DNA from: Escherichia coli
Lineage (GTDB): Bacteria > Pseudomonadota > Gammaproteobacteria > Enterobacterales > Enterobacteriaceae
Strand: one strand, 5' to 3'
Length of the DNA: 64,000 nucleotides
Assembly (NCBI RefSeq): GCF_003334305.1
Contig: NZ_QOWS01000025.1
Within the stretch, counting starts at the first letter, position 1, and each line of letters opens with the position of its first letter. Below are positions 28,834 through 40,101 of the stretch, piece after piece. Both the position numbers and the translations under genes were made by a program. Under the pieces are notes generated by a model. The model saw only the letters and a program-made list of their open reading frames with translations, was not told the DNA's origin and made no database searches.

Positions 28834-31800
28834 ATGAAGTTTTTACCCTATTTTTTTCTTCTCTGTTGTGGTCTTTGGTCGACCATAAGTTTCGCAGACG
28901 AAGATTACATCGAATATCGTGGCATCAGTAGTAACAACCGTGTCACACTTGATCCAGTACGTCTGAGCAACAAGGAATTACGTTGGTTAGCGAGCAAAAA
29001 AAATCTTGTGATTGCAGTACACAAGTCCCAAACGGCTACCTTGTTGCATATCGATTCGCAGCAACAGGTTCGTGGTATTAATGCTGATTATTTAAATCTT
29101 TTAAAAAGAGCGTTAAATATCAAATTAACACTCCGGGAATACGCAGATCATCAAAAAGCAATGGACGCGCTGGAAGAAGGTGAAGTCGATATAGTGTTAT
29201 CACATTTAGTTACTTCGCCGCCTCTTAATAATGACATTGCTGCAACCAAACCATTGATAATTACCTTTCCGGCGCTGGTAACCACCCTTCACGACTCAAT
29301 GCGACCGCTTACCTCACCAAAACCAGTAAATATTGCTCGGGTAGCAAATTACCCCCCAGACGAGGTAATTCATCAATCATTTCCAAAAGCAACAATTATC
29401 TCTTTTACAAATTTATATCAGGCATTAGCATCCGTCTCAGCTGGGCACAATGATTACTTTATTGGTAGTAACATCATTACCAGCAGTATGATTTCCCGCT
29501 ATTTCACTCACTCCTTAAATGTAGTGAAATATTATAACTCGCCGCGTCAATATAATTTTTTCTTGACCAGAAAAGAATCTGTCATTCTTAATGAAGTACT
29601 CAATAGATTTGTTGATGCTTTAACAAATGAAGTTCGCTATGAAGTATCACAAAATTGGCTTGATACAGGAAACCTGGCCTTTCTGAACAAACCATTAGAA
29701 CTCACTGAACATGAAAAACAGTGGATTAAGCAGCATCCCAATTTAAAGGTGCTGGAAAATCCTTACTCGCCCCCCTATTCTATGACGGATGAAAATGGCT
29801 CGGTTCGGGGCGTTATGGGGGACATTCTTAATATTATTACCTTGCAAACAGGTTTAAATTTTTCTCCGATCACCGTTTCACACAATATCCATGCTGGAAC
29901 ACAGCTTAGCCCCGGAGGATGGGATATAATACCTGGCGCTATTTATAGTGAAGATCGAGAAAATAATGTTTTATTTGCTGAAGCCTTCATAACAACGCCT
30001 TACGTTTTTGTCATGCAAAAAGCGCCTGACAGTGAACAAACATTAAAAAAAGGAATGAAAGTTGCCATTCCATATTATTATGAGCTGCATTCGCAATTAA
30101 AAGAGATGTATCCGGAGGTTGAATGGATACAGGTCGATAATGCCAGCGCTGCATTTCACAAGGTTAAGGAAGGTGAACTTGATGCTCTGGTCGCGACACA
30201 GTTAAATTCGCGTTACATGATCGATCATTACTATCCTAATGAACTTTATCATTTTCTTATTCCTGGCGTTCCGAATGCATCGCTTTCGTTCGCTTTTCCT
30301 CGCGGAGAACCGGAACTTAAGGATATTATTAATAAAGCACTGAATGCAATTCCCCCAAGCGAAGTTCTGCGCCTGACGGAAAAATGGATTAAAATGCCCA
30401 ATGTGACCATTGACACATGGGATCTATATAGCGAGCAATTTTATATTGTTACGACATTATCCGTTTTATTAGTTGGCAGTAGCCTTTTATGGGGATTCTA
30501 CCTGTTACGCTCAGTTCGTCGTCGTAAAGTCATTCAGGGTGATTTAGAAAACCAAATATCATTCCGAAAAGCACTCTCGGATTCCTTACCGAATCCAACT
30601 TATGTTGTAAACTGGCAAGGTAATGTCATTAGTCATAATAGTGCTTTTGAACATTATTTCACTGCGGATTACTACAAAAATGCAATGTTACCATTAGAAA
30701 ACAGTGACTCACCCTTTAAAGATGTTTTTTCTAATGCGCATGAAGTCACAGCAGAAACGAAAGAAAATCGAACAATATACACACAGGTATTTGAAATTGA
30801 TAATGGCATCGAGAAAAGATGCATTAATCACTGGCATACATTATGCAATCTTCCTGCAAGTGACAATGCAGTATATATTTGTGGTTGGCAAGATATTACT
30901 GAAACGCGTGATCTAATTAATGCACTCGAGGTAGAAAAAAATAAAGCGATAAAGGCTACCGTAGCAAAAAGTCAGTTTCTGGCAACGATGAGTCACGAAA
31001 TAAGAACACCAATAAGCTCTATTATGGGCTTCCTGGAACTTCTGTCGGGTTCTGGTCTTAGCAAGGAGCAACGGGTGGAGGCGATTTCACTTGCCTACGC
31101 CACCGGACAATCACTCCTCGGCTTAATTGGTGAAATCCTTGATGTCGACAAAATTGAATCGGGTAACTATCAACTTCAACCACAATGGGTCGATATCCCT
31201 ACTTTAGTCCAGAACACTTGTCACTCTTTCGGTGCGATTGCTGCAAGCAAATCCATCGCATTAAGTTGCAGCAGTACATTTCCTGATCATTACCTGGTTA
31301 AGATCGATCCTCAGGCGTTTAAGCAGGTCTTATCAAATTTACTGAGCAATGCTCTCAAATTTACCACCGAGGGGGCAGTAAAAATTACGACCTCCCTGGT
31401 TCACATTGATGACAACCACGCTGTTATCAAAATGACGATTATGGATTCTGGAAGTGGATTATCGCAGGAAGAACAACAACAACTCTTTAAACGCTACAGC
31501 CAAACAAGTGCAGGTCGCCAGCAAACAGGATCTGGCTTAGGCTTAATGATCTGCAAAGAATTAATTAAAAATATGCAGGGCGATTTGTCATTAGAAAGTC
31601 ATCCAGGCATAGGAACAACATTTACGATCACAATCCCGGTAGAAATTAGCCAGCAAGTGGCGACTGTCGAGGCAAAAGCAGAACACCCCATCACACTACC
31701 TGAAAAGTTGAGCATATTAATCGCGGATGATCATCCGACCAACAGGCTATTACTCAAACGCCAGCTAAATCTATTAGGATATGATGTTGATGAAGCCACT

Positions 31801-32427
31801 GATGGTGTGCAAGCGCTACACAAAGTCAGTATGCAACATTATGATCTGCTTATTACTGACGTTAATATGCCGAATATGGATGGTTTTGAGTTGACTCGCA
31901 AACTCCGTGAGCAAAATTCTTCCTTACCCATCTGGGGGCTTACAGCCAACGCACAGGCTAACGAACGTGAAAAAGGGTTAAGTTGCGGCATGAACTTATG
32001 TTTGTTCAAACCGTTGACCCTGGATGTACTGAAAACACATTTAAGTCAGTTACACCAGGTTGCGCATATTGCACCTCAGTATCGCCACCTTGATATCGAA
32101 GCCCTGAAAAATAATACGGCGAACGATCTACAACTGATGCAGGAGATTCTCATGACTTTCCAGCATGAAACGCATAAAGATCTACCCGCTGCGTTTCAAG
32201 CACTAGAAGCTGGCGATAACAGAACTTTCCATCAGTGTATTCATCGCATCCACGGTGCGGCTAACATCCTGAATTTGCAAAAGTTGATTAATATTAGCCA
32301 TCAGTTAGAAATAACACCTGTTTCAGATGACAGTAAGCCTGAAATTCTTCAGTTGCTGAACTCTGTAAAAGAACACATTGCAGAGCTGGACCAGGAGATT
32401 GCTGTTTTCTGTCAGAAAAATGACTAA
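28834..32427 (+). CDS. evgS: hybrid sensor histidine kinase EvgS (periplasmic domains, HisKA/HATPase, receiver, HPt)
   Basis: 1197-aa ORF with signal peptide, H-box (MSHEIRTPISSIMGF), receiver (ILIADDHPTNRLL) and C-terminal HPt region. Confidence 0.96.
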   Translation: MKFLPYFFLLCCGLWSTISFADEDYIEYRGISSNNRVTLDPVRLSNKELRWLASKKNLVIAVHKSQTATLLHIDSQQQVRGINADYLNLLKRALNIKLTLREYADHQKAMDALEEGEVDIVLSHLVTSPPLNNDIAATKPLIITFPALVTTLHDSMRPLTSPKPVNIARVANYPPDEVIHQSFPKATIISFTNLYQALASVSAGHNDYFIGSNIITSSMISRYFTHSLNVVKYYNSPRQYNFFLTRKESVILNEVLNRFVDALTNEVRYEVSQNWLDTGNLAFLNKPLELTEHEKQWIKQHPNLKVLENPYSPPYSMTDENGSVRGVMGDILNIITLQTGLNFSPITVSHNIHAGTQLSPGGWDIIPGAIYSEDRENNVLFAEAFITTPYVFVMQKAPDSEQTLKKGMKVAIPYYYELHSQLKEMYPEVEWIQVDNASAAFHKVKEGELDALVATQLNSRYMIDHYYPNELYHFLIPGVPNASLSFAFPRGEPELKDIINKALNAIPPSEVLRLTEKWIKMPNVTIDTWDLYSEQFYIVTTLSVLLVGSSLLWGFYLLRSVRRRKVIQGDLENQISFRKALSDSLPNPTYVVNWQGNVISHNSAFEHYFTADYYKNAMLPLENSDSPFKDVFSNAHEVTAETKENRTIYTQVFEIDNGIEKRCINHWHTLCNLPASDNAVYICGWQDITETRDLINALEVEKNKAIKATVAKSQFLATMSHEIRTPISSIMGFLELLSGSGLSKEQRVEAISLAYATGQSLLGLIGEILDVDKIESGNYQLQPQWVDIPTLVQNTCHSFGAIAASKSIALSCSSTFPDHYLVKIDPQAFKQVLSNLLSNALKFTTEGAVKITTSLVHIDDNHAVIKMTIMDSGSGLSQEEQQQLFKRYSQTSAGRQQTGSGLGLMICKELIKNMQGDLSLESHPGIGTTFTITIPVEISQQVATVEAKAEHPITLPEKLSILIADDHPTNRLLLKRQLNLLGYDVDEATDGVQALHKVSMQHYDLLITDVNMPNMDGFELTRKLREQNSSLPIWGLTANAQANEREKGLSCGMNLCLFKPLTLDVLKTHLSQLHQVAHIAPQYRHLDIEALKNNTANDLQLMQEILMTFQHETHKDLPAAFQALEAGDNRTFHQCIHRIHGAANILNLQKLINISHQLEITPVSDDSKPEILQLLNSVKEHIAELDQEIAVFCQKND

Positions 32428-32430
32428 ATA

Positions 32431-32465
32431 GCGGCTCCCACAATGTTCAAATGTGGGAGCTATTT
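32431..32465. terminator. hairpin between convergent evgS and yfdE
   Basis: GCTCCCACA-atgttcaaa-TGTGGGAGC; flanking U-tracts are weak. Confidence 0.4.
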
Positions 32466-32482
32466 ACCAGCACATCTTACAT

Positions 32483-33628
32483 TTATGATGAGAACTCCTG
32501 GCGAATTTGTTCCCCATGCTGGTCGAGCGTTGCCGCTCCCGGCATAACATGCGGGTCCGCGCAGCCGCTGATTTTTATCGGATTACCCGGCATCATTATT
32601 CCCCCGGCTTCAATCAACATATTTCTCGCCTGAGTTTGTGGCAATTTAATGGCCTCAGCCACACTTAATAACGGCGCGACGGGTACACCAACTTCATGTA
32701 TTCTGGCTAACCAAACTTCAGCTGCCTGCGTTTTTAACGTCCGCTCAATATATTGTTTAAGAATAGCCTGGTTTTGTACGCGTAAAATATTGCTGCTAAA
32801 TCGGGGATCATTAACCAGTTCCGTAAGCTCCAGTGCCTGGCATAACGCAGAAAAAAGCTTGTCATTACCACAACAAATCGTAATCGGCTTATCCTGAGTA
32901 TTGAAAACATCAAAAGGTGCCATGTAGGGATGGCGATTTCCCAGACGTTGTGGTGACTTCCCTGTCGCGATATATGCCATCAGACCATGCTCCAGAAAAC
33001 TCAGCGTGGCATCAAACATCGCTATATCGACATGCGCCCCTCTCTGGCTCTTTTCGCGGCCATAAAGTGCACTCACTATTCCGCTGAATAAATAGACACC
33101 GCCGCATAGATCCGCAAGAGATGTACCAACGCGCACTGGCGGAGCATCAGGATATCCTGTTTCCATCATTATCCCGCTCATTGCCTGAATGATGGTATCG
33201 TAGGCAGGAGCATCTTTTAGCGGACCGGTATGTCCGAAACCTGACGATGAAGCATATATGAGGCGCGGGTTGATTTCTTGAAGCATTTCCCATGAAAACC
33301 CCAGTTTTTCCATTGTACCTGGGCGAAAATTCTCAGCTAATACATCAGCTTGTTTGAGCATATTTATAAATATACTTTTATCGTGATCATTCTTTAAATC
33401 AAGAACCACACTCTCTTTGCCATGATTAATAAAACTGTAATAGAGTGACTGTCCATCCACATAGGGACCAAATGTGCGGGTATCATCACCATGACCTGGT
33501 GGCTCAACTTTAATTACCCTTGCGCCCATATTACAAAGAAGTTGAGTTCCGAAAGGTCCATTAAGGACATGTGTCATATCGATAACTAATAAGCCTTCAA
33601 ACGGCCCTTTGCTTTCATTATTTGTCAT
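32483..33628 (-). CDS. yfdE: acetyl-CoA:oxalate CoA-transferase YfdE (family III CoA-transferase)
   Basis: Family III CoA-transferase (CaiB/BaiF type); start moved to internal Met (MTNNESKGPFEGLLVID), giving 381 aa. Confidence 0.9.
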   Translation of the reverse strand: MTNNESKGPFEGLLVIDMTHVLNGPFGTQLLCNMGARVIKVEPPGHGDDTRTFGPYVDGQSLYYSFINHGKESVVLDLKNDHDKSIFINMLKQADVLAENFRPGTMEKLGFSWEMLQEINPRLIYASSSGFGHTGPLKDAPAYDTIIQAMSGIMMETGYPDAPPVRVGTSLADLCGGVYLFSGIVSALYGREKSQRGAHVDIAMFDATLSFLEHGLMAYIATGKSPQRLGNRHPYMAPFDVFNTQDKPITICCGNDKLFSALCQALELTELVNDPRFSSNILRVQNQAILKQYIERTLKTQAAEVWLARIHEVGVPVAPLLSVAEAIKLPQTQARNMLIEAGGIMMPGNPIKISGCADPHVMPGAATLDQHGEQIRQEFSS

Positions 33629-33701
33629 TTGCTTATGCCTTGAAAAAAGCCGAAGGTGAAAAGACACTTCGGCATTTATGTAAAATCAATAACATGATTA
33701 A

Positions 33702-34646
33702 TTATGAAACCAGTCGACTGACATAAATCCACAAGGGAGCCGTGACGACAAAACCCAGTACGCTCACAGCCAATGACGCTGTACCAGTGCGGGTGTAGAC
33801 ATTAAACCGGCTGGCAATAATGATTCCGGAGAATGCCGGCGGTAATGCGCCTGCCAGTACCATCATCTGCAAATGTTCGCTGTTCAAATGACATGCCATA
33901 CCAACGAGAAGCAGCGCCAGTGGCATCAGAATCAGCTTCAGGAAGGTGTTATAAGCAATTTCGGCACTGAACTCGAATTTATGTGCAGCCAGAGTCAACC
34001 CCGCAGCGAATACCGCTACCCCTGAGTTAGCCTTCGCAATCAGATTAAAGGTTGGGTCCCATGCTGCCGGAATTTTTACCCCAACCAACACCAGGATCGT
34101 TGCCAGAACAGGTGCCCATACAACTGGCTCCTTTGCCGCAGAAATTAATGCGCTCAGATTACTATTCTTCTTACCATCCGCTCCTGAGGAAGGATTCAGC
34201 AAATACAGACCAATAGGAATAGTAATTGCGTTAACAATAATAGAAATAATTGCTACCACTAAACCTGTTGATACGGAATCACCATAAATAGGATCGAGAA
34301 CTGCAAACCCCAGGAATCCAATGGTAGGTGAACCTGCAATTAATGCACATACAGCTGCTTCTGCATGGGTACGTTTAAAAAATTTGTAGCAACCGAACCA
34401 GGAGAAAAAGAAACATCCGACAATAACCACAAGTGATACAAGGGTCAGACGAGTGTCCGCAAAAATCATTTCCCTGTTTGCCCGAGTAATAGATACAAAT
34501 AGAGCCGCAGGAAGCGCGTAGTTTAATACCAGTTTATTAAATGCCCGAGCTTGATCTTCTGAAAAAGTTTCTCGTCTGCCGCTAAAATAACCCAACAGCA
34601 TGATTACGATAATAGGCAATAAATCGCCAATAAAAAATGTTAGCAT
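33702..34646 (-). CDS. yfdV: auxin-efflux-carrier (AEC) family membrane transporter YfdV
   Basis: 314-aa polytopic membrane ORF located between oxc and yfdE. Confidence 0.9.
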
Positions 34647-34715
34647 AATAGTATTTCCGATAAGGGTCCCCTCACCATCGCATAATGAGTTGGCAAGAGG
34701 AGACGATGTCAGTAT

Positions 34716-36410
34716 TTAATTACCAGCGACTTGTTTTGGGTTAAGTTTGGTAATATGGCCACTTTCAGTTCCTGCTGCAGGGTCGATGACCACATTAATA
34801 ATGGTCGGTTTGCGCGACTGAATACCGGTGGTTAAAGCATGACGAAGTTCATCTGTCGTGGTGACGTTATAGCCAACGCCACGAAACGCATCCATTAATT
34901 TGTCATACCTTGCATGGTGCAACAGATCCGTTGGTGATGGTGCACCAGCGCCACTGAGATCAACACCGTCTCCTCTGTAGATGCCGCCATTATTAAAAAT
35001 AACGATCGTCACCGGCAGGTTATATCGACAAATCGTTTCAATTTCCATCCCACTGAAACCAAAAGCACTATCACCTTCAATGGCGACAACCGGAGAACCA
35101 GAAGTCACGCTAGCACCGATGGCATAGCCCATACCGATGCCCATGACACCCCAGGTACCACAATCCAGACGACGACGTGGTTTATACATATCAATAATAT
35201 TTCGTGCATTATCCAGGGTATTTGCACCTTCATTAACTAAATAAATATCCTGGTTCTCGCGCAATACGTCGCGCACAGCACTTAATGCATTAAAGTAATT
35301 TAATGGTTGAGTATCTGTACTTAATTTTTCATGCATTTTTTGTGCATTTTGCTGCTTGTGGATATTTAAAATATCGCGCCATACCAGTGGAGTCGTAAAT
35401 GTGTTTTGTTTCAGTTCTGCCAGCATACCTTGCATACTGGATGCAATATCACCAACGACTGGCACAGCAATGGGGCGGTTGCTGTCAATTTCCTGCGGTT
35501 CAATATCCAGTTGAATAAACTGTGTATCTGCCGCCCATCCTTTTTTACCGTGTGCCAATAACCAATTCAGTCGTGCACCAACAAGCATGACAACGTCAGC
35601 ATTTGCCAGGGCAAACGAACGCGCAGCTGCCGCAGAAAGTGGATGCGTATCTTCAAGGATCCCTTTCGCCATAGACATTGGCAGGAATGGAATCTGAGTA
35701 CTTTCAATAAATTCACGAAGCTGTTCATCAGCTTGTGAATACGCCGCGCCTTTGCCAAGGATAATTAATGGCCGTTCAGCTTTTGCTAAAAGCGAAATTG
35801 CGCTAGTGACTGACTTCGGGCATGGCAATAATGCTGGCGATGGATTTTCAACTTTAACAATCGTGGTTAACGCTTCGTCTTTTTCCATCGTCGCGGCCAG
35901 GACATTTGCTGGCAAATCAAGATAAACTCCGCCAGGGCGACCCGATACAGAGACCCGGATAGCGCGTGCCAATGCAATGCCAAGATCCTGCGGCTGATTA
36001 ACGCGAAATGCTGCTTTGGCATACGGTTTTGCCGCATTCATTTGGTCCAGCTCTTCATAATCACCTTGCTGTAGGTCGACGATCGCGCGGTCGCTGGAGC
36101 CGCTAATCATGATCATCGGAAAACCATTTACCGTTGCGTTGGCCAATGCGGTCAAACCATTGAGGAATCCTGGCGCAGAAACTGTCAGGCAGATCCCCGG
36201 TTTTTGGGTAAGAAAACCGCTTGCCGCAGCGGCATAGCCTGCCGACTGCTCATGACGAAAACCAATATAACGAATGCCTTCCGCCTGGGCATGGCGTGCC
36301 ATATCCGTCACAGGAATACCTACAACACCATAAATAGTGTCAATATTATTCTGTTTTAATGCTTCAACGATGATATGCATACCATCTGTCATTTGAAGTT
36401 GATCTGACAT
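34716..36410 (-). CDS. oxc: oxalyl-CoA decarboxylase (ThDP-dependent)
   Basis: 564-aa ORF with ThDP-enzyme architecture including the GDSAFGFSGMEIETICRYNLPVTIVIFNNGG motif. Confidence 0.95.
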   Translation of the reverse strand: MSDQLQMTDGMHIIVEALKQNNIDTIYGVVGIPVTDMARHAQAEGIRYIGFRHEQSAGYAAAASGFLTQKPGICLTVSAPGFLNGLTALANATVNGFPMIMISGSSDRAIVDLQQGDYEELDQMNAAKPYAKAAFRVNQPQDLGIALARAIRVSVSGRPGGVYLDLPANVLAATMEKDEALTTIVKVENPSPALLPCPKSVTSAISLLAKAERPLIILGKGAAYSQADEQLREFIESTQIPFLPMSMAKGILEDTHPLSAAAARSFALANADVVMLVGARLNWLLAHGKKGWAADTQFIQLDIEPQEIDSNRPIAVPVVGDIASSMQGMLAELKQNTFTTPLVWRDILNIHKQQNAQKMHEKLSTDTQPLNYFNALSAVRDVLRENQDIYLVNEGANTLDNARNIIDMYKPRRRLDCGTWGVMGIGMGYAIGASVTSGSPVVAIEGDSAFGFSGMEIETICRYNLPVTIVIFNNGGIYRGDGVDLSGAGAPSPTDLLHHARYDKLMDAFRGVGYNVTTTDELRHALTTGIQSRKPTIINVVIDPAAGTESGHITKLNPKQVAGN

Positions 36411-36463
36411 GATTAATAACCTCGAAATTTTTATAAATTGGGAGCCAGAAGCCCCCGTTAATA

Positions 36464-37714
36464 TCAGATGGCGTGGTTTTGCTTCATTGCAGCAATTTCA
36501 TCGTCGCTATAACCCAGCTCCTGCAATACAGCAGCGGTATGTTCACCTAATAGCGGCGCAGCTTTAATATCCGGCGTAAAGGCAGAGAATTTCATTGGAC
36601 AACCAACGGTCAGATATTTTCCACGCAACGGTTGTTCCACTTCAACAACACTGCCACTTTGGCGCAAAGAGGGATCAAGTGAAATTTCTTTCATACTTAA
36701 AACCGGTGCACAAGGAATATCAAACTGAGTCAAATAGGCCACCGCTTCATGTTTATCAATAGTGACAGTGTATTTTTCGATTTCAGCAAAAATATCGAAA
36801 ATATGTGGCTGTCGTGCATGGGCTGTACTGTATGCCGGATCGGTAATCCATTCTGGTTTGCCGATGGCTTTACAGGTGTTTTCCCAGTTTTGCTCCTGAA
36901 TAGTGAAATAAATATAGGCGTTAGGATCGGTTTCCCAGCCTTTACATTTCAGGATCCAGCCAGGCTGACCGCCACCACCTGCATTACCACCGCGGGGAAC
37001 TGCATCACCAAATGTACCATTCGGATACTGCGGGTATTCTTCCAGATAACCCAATTTATCGAGACGCTGCTGGTCACGTAATTTCACGCGGCAAAGGTTC
37101 AATACGGCATCCTGCATTGACATGGTGACTCGTTGCCCACGCCCCGTTTTTTCGCGATGCAGCAAAGCAGCAAGTAAACCGATCAGCAAATGCATTCCGG
37201 TGTTGCTGTCACCCAACGCTGCAGCGCTTACCAGCGGCGGACCATCCCAAAAACCCGTAGTGGATGCCGCGCCACCCGCTGCCTGAGCAACGTTTTCATA
37301 GGCTTTTACATTCACATAAGGCGAACACTCATCAAACCCTTTGATCGAACCAAAAATCAGACGTGGATTGATTTCTTGAATATGCTCCCAGGTGAAGCCC
37401 ATGTGATCAATGGCCCCTGGATGAAAGTTCTCGACTAAGATATCAGCTTCGCGGATCAGCTTTTCCATTACCTCTTTGCCTTCCGCTGTTTTGGTATTTA
37501 ACTCAATAGAACGTTTGTTACTGTTAAGCATGGTGAAGTAAAGCGCATCGATATCAGGAATATCTCGCAGCTGGTGACGCGTTACGTCACCAACGCCGGG
37601 ACGTTCAATTTTAATAACGTCAGCGCCAAACCAGGCCAGCATTTGAGTACAAGATGGGCCAGATTGCACACCGGTGAAATCGAGAACTTTAATTCCTTGA
37701 AGTGGAGTTGACAT
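36464..37714 (-). CDS. frc: formyl-CoA:oxalate CoA-transferase Frc (YfdW)
   Basis: 416-aa family III CoA-transferase ([43 protein letters not shown]). Confidence 0.95.
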
Positions 37715-37965
37715 AGCAATACCTATTAGTTAATTAAATATGTGTTAATTTAGCGTTTATTTAAGGCGTAATATCTTCTATAAATAACCCGCAAAATATC
37801 GTCGTAGCTGCACTCGATATTTTTAAAATCCTGTATCAAGTGCTGAAAATCATTTCATCGCCACTTCCAATTCCTTTCTGCATGGTAAGTAGTGAGGACG
37901 AAAAGAAGAATATGATAAATATTGATTCGTGGTAATCAGAGAGAGTCGCGACATTTGTGATGTTA

Positions 37966-37983
37966 TTCTTACAACTGTAAGAA
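37966..37983. promoter_or_regulatory. perfect EvgA consensus box upstream of frc
   Basis: TTCTTACAACTGTAAGAA matches both half-sites exactly; about 250 bp upstream of frc start; coordinates cross-checked against an overlapping ORF-track frame. Confidence 0.55.
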
Positions 37984-38226
37984 GCGCCGGTGATTTACAA
38001 GTAAGGGTATGATTACGCTTTTTAAAGCGTACCATAAAACATAACATAATAAATGATTTGTGATGACACGGGATTATTGGGATTTACTTTGAGGAAGATA
38101 AAATGCGTGTTTATAGAACCGCGAGCGCCAAATAATTTTATGACCACAACCTGTCGTATTGTGGTCATAAAAAATTGTCGGCTGGAGGGAGTTAAATCCT
38201 TTACCTCAATATACTGCCTGTCAGCA

Positions 38227-38859
38227 TTAGTTCACAAACAGTGCTTCGCTGTCGACGATGATTCCATCTTCCGCACCTTTAAGCGCCAGGTTTGCCTCGT
38301 AGTATTGCTTTTTATCAAGCAGTTTCTGCGCATCAGCAAGTGCATTACGAGTCTGTTTAAGCGGCATCAGATATTGGTTTTCCATTACGCCAACACCGGC
38401 CAGGCGAAGTTCTTCCATTGCGCCCTTTTTATCCCCTTTCGCCATTTTTTCATTGGCAATTTTTATCGCGGCTTCTTTTTCGGGAGTTGCTACATAGCTC
38501 TCAGAAATTCCGACAGATGCATTAATGACAATATATTGGTCATCATTGAGATTGGTCTTTTTACCTGGCTTAGCGAACTTTGCCCATTCGGTACTGTCAT
38601 CTGACAGCAAAGCGGAAGCTTCATTGGTCAGTTCTTTTGCCTTTTCTGGATCGCCATGAAACAGAGCCAGGCGCGCTACCTGCACGTCACGCATCGCATA
38701 TAAACCTTGTTCAGAGATACGCTCTGCTGCTGCCGTTTTCTGGGTTTGCTGAACTTGCTGAGTTTGCTGTTGTGCCGCTACCGGTGCATTATCAGCAGCC
38801 CATACAGTTGAAGATGCCAGAATTGCTGTGACCATCGTGGCCATAATTAAACGTTTCAT
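38227..38859 (-). CDS. yfdX: periplasmic protein YfdX (EvgA-induced)
   Basis: 210-aa ORF with signal peptide, Q-rich linker and YfdX-family body; EvgA boxes upstream. Confidence 0.9.
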   Translation of the reverse strand: MKRLIMATMVTAILASSTVWAADNAPVAAQQQTQQVQQTQKTAAAERISEQGLYAMRDVQVARLALFHGDPEKAKELTNEASALLSDDSTEWAKFAKPGKKTNLNDDQYIVINASVGISESYVATPEKEAAIKIANEKMAKGDKKGAMEELRLAGVGVMENQYLMPLKQTRNALADAQKLLDKKQYYEANLALKGAEDGIIVDSEALFVN

Positions 38860-38956
38860 ACTTACCTCATTCTTTAACAGTTTTAGAAAACGCCGCCATC
38901 ATATTGGGTGAGCATGAAATGAGAAATCAGAGAGCAACGGTCATTTTGAAAGGGTT

Positions 38957-39012
38957 ATCTTACAGTTGTAGTTATTATCGCAAGAAGTATTTTAGTCTTA
39001 CAATTGTAGGAA
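38957..39012. promoter_or_regulatory. two EvgA-box-like sites upstream of yfdX
   Basis: ATCTTACAGTTGTAGTTA (weaker) and GTCTTACAATTGTAGGAA (15/16 half-site match), 100-150 bp upstream of yfdX start. Confidence 0.5.
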
Positions 39013-39154
39013 TATGCTTCCTGTCACAGAGAACTATTCTTATGTACCACAAAGAGATGTCATTTATTATATCGATGTAAATATTGATTAATTATATGTA
39101 AATACAGCCATAACATCGTAGGTCCTCAGTGAACCATTTTCAGGATAACTTTCT

Positions 39155-39430
39155 ATGAAAGTAAACTTAATACTTTTTAGCTTATTTTTATTGGTCTCTA
39201 TTATGGCATGCAATGTTTTTGCATTTTCCATTTCTGGTGGTGGAAGTGAGAGGAGCTATAAAGAGACGGAAAAAACATCAGCGATGACGATAACTCACTC
39301 TACAAAACTTCAGCCATCACAGGCAATTTTGTTTAAGATGAGAGAAGATGCGCCACCATTAAACCTCACAGAAGAAACCACGCCCCCTTTTCCGACAAAG
39401 GCGAATTATCTTATTCATCCTGTGCGATAG
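39155..39430 (+). CDS. ypdI: small lipoprotein YpdI
   Basis: 91-aa ORF with signal peptide and lipobox-like MAC motif (VSIMACNVF); K-12 syntenic position. Confidence 0.8.
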   Translation: MKVNLILFSLFLLVSIMACNVFAFSISGGGSERSYKETEKTSAMTITHSTKLQPSQAILFKMREDAPPLNLTEETTPPFPTKANYLIHPVR

Positions 39431-39506
39431 CGTCTGTCACCTGGCAGGTGAACAATCATGTCTGATGCTGATGTGAACACCTGCCCAAATGAGCCATCCT
39501 GACCCA

Positions 39507-39749
39507 CTACCGCCTGCCATACCCCACCATAAAGCGAATCATCAAGCCACAAGCCGGGGCAAGAAACATAAATATCCCCGTCACCAGTTCATTACCGCCT
39601 GTTAACCACATGGTGAAGTAATAAATGAGTGCAGCGAGGATCACCATGCCGAAGAAAGAAGAGACCGCCGATACCACGTTCAGTACCTGACCGATGTATC
39701 CGCTTACGCAGACAATACACAGGGCGAGAAACATCCATAAATAAATCAT
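39507..39749 (-). CDS. yfdY: small inner-membrane protein YfdY
   Basis: 80-aa ORF with two to three hydrophobic helices; K-12 syntenic position. Confidence 0.8.
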   Translation of the reverse strand: MIYLWMFLALCIVCVSGYIGQVLNVVSAVSSFFGMVILAALIYYFTMWLTGGNELVTGIFMFLAPACGLMIRFMVGYGRR

Positions 39750-40101
39750 AGCTCAACCTCCTGCCGCGCTAAAAAACCTGTAACTTCAGTCACTTTAATA
39801 GTAAGACAATCCTTAACCTCTGGCAATTTTTGCTAAGCATCAATGAAAACAGCATGTTAAATGCAACGCTATTGCGTGCGGAAAATTTTTTACTTTGCAC
39901 GATTAATAATCAGTAGCTGAAAGCAGTCAGCCAGTGATAAAGTAGAGCCACCGCATTCATGCTCCTCGTGGTTATGTCCTGACTAGTCTTTACACTCTTT
40001 ACAGGAACCATTGTCGTACATGATGGCCCAACCAATTGAGTGTACCGCTGTCGACATGGAATCTTCTGCGATACAACAATTCGTATCTACAGAAGGTAAC
40101 T

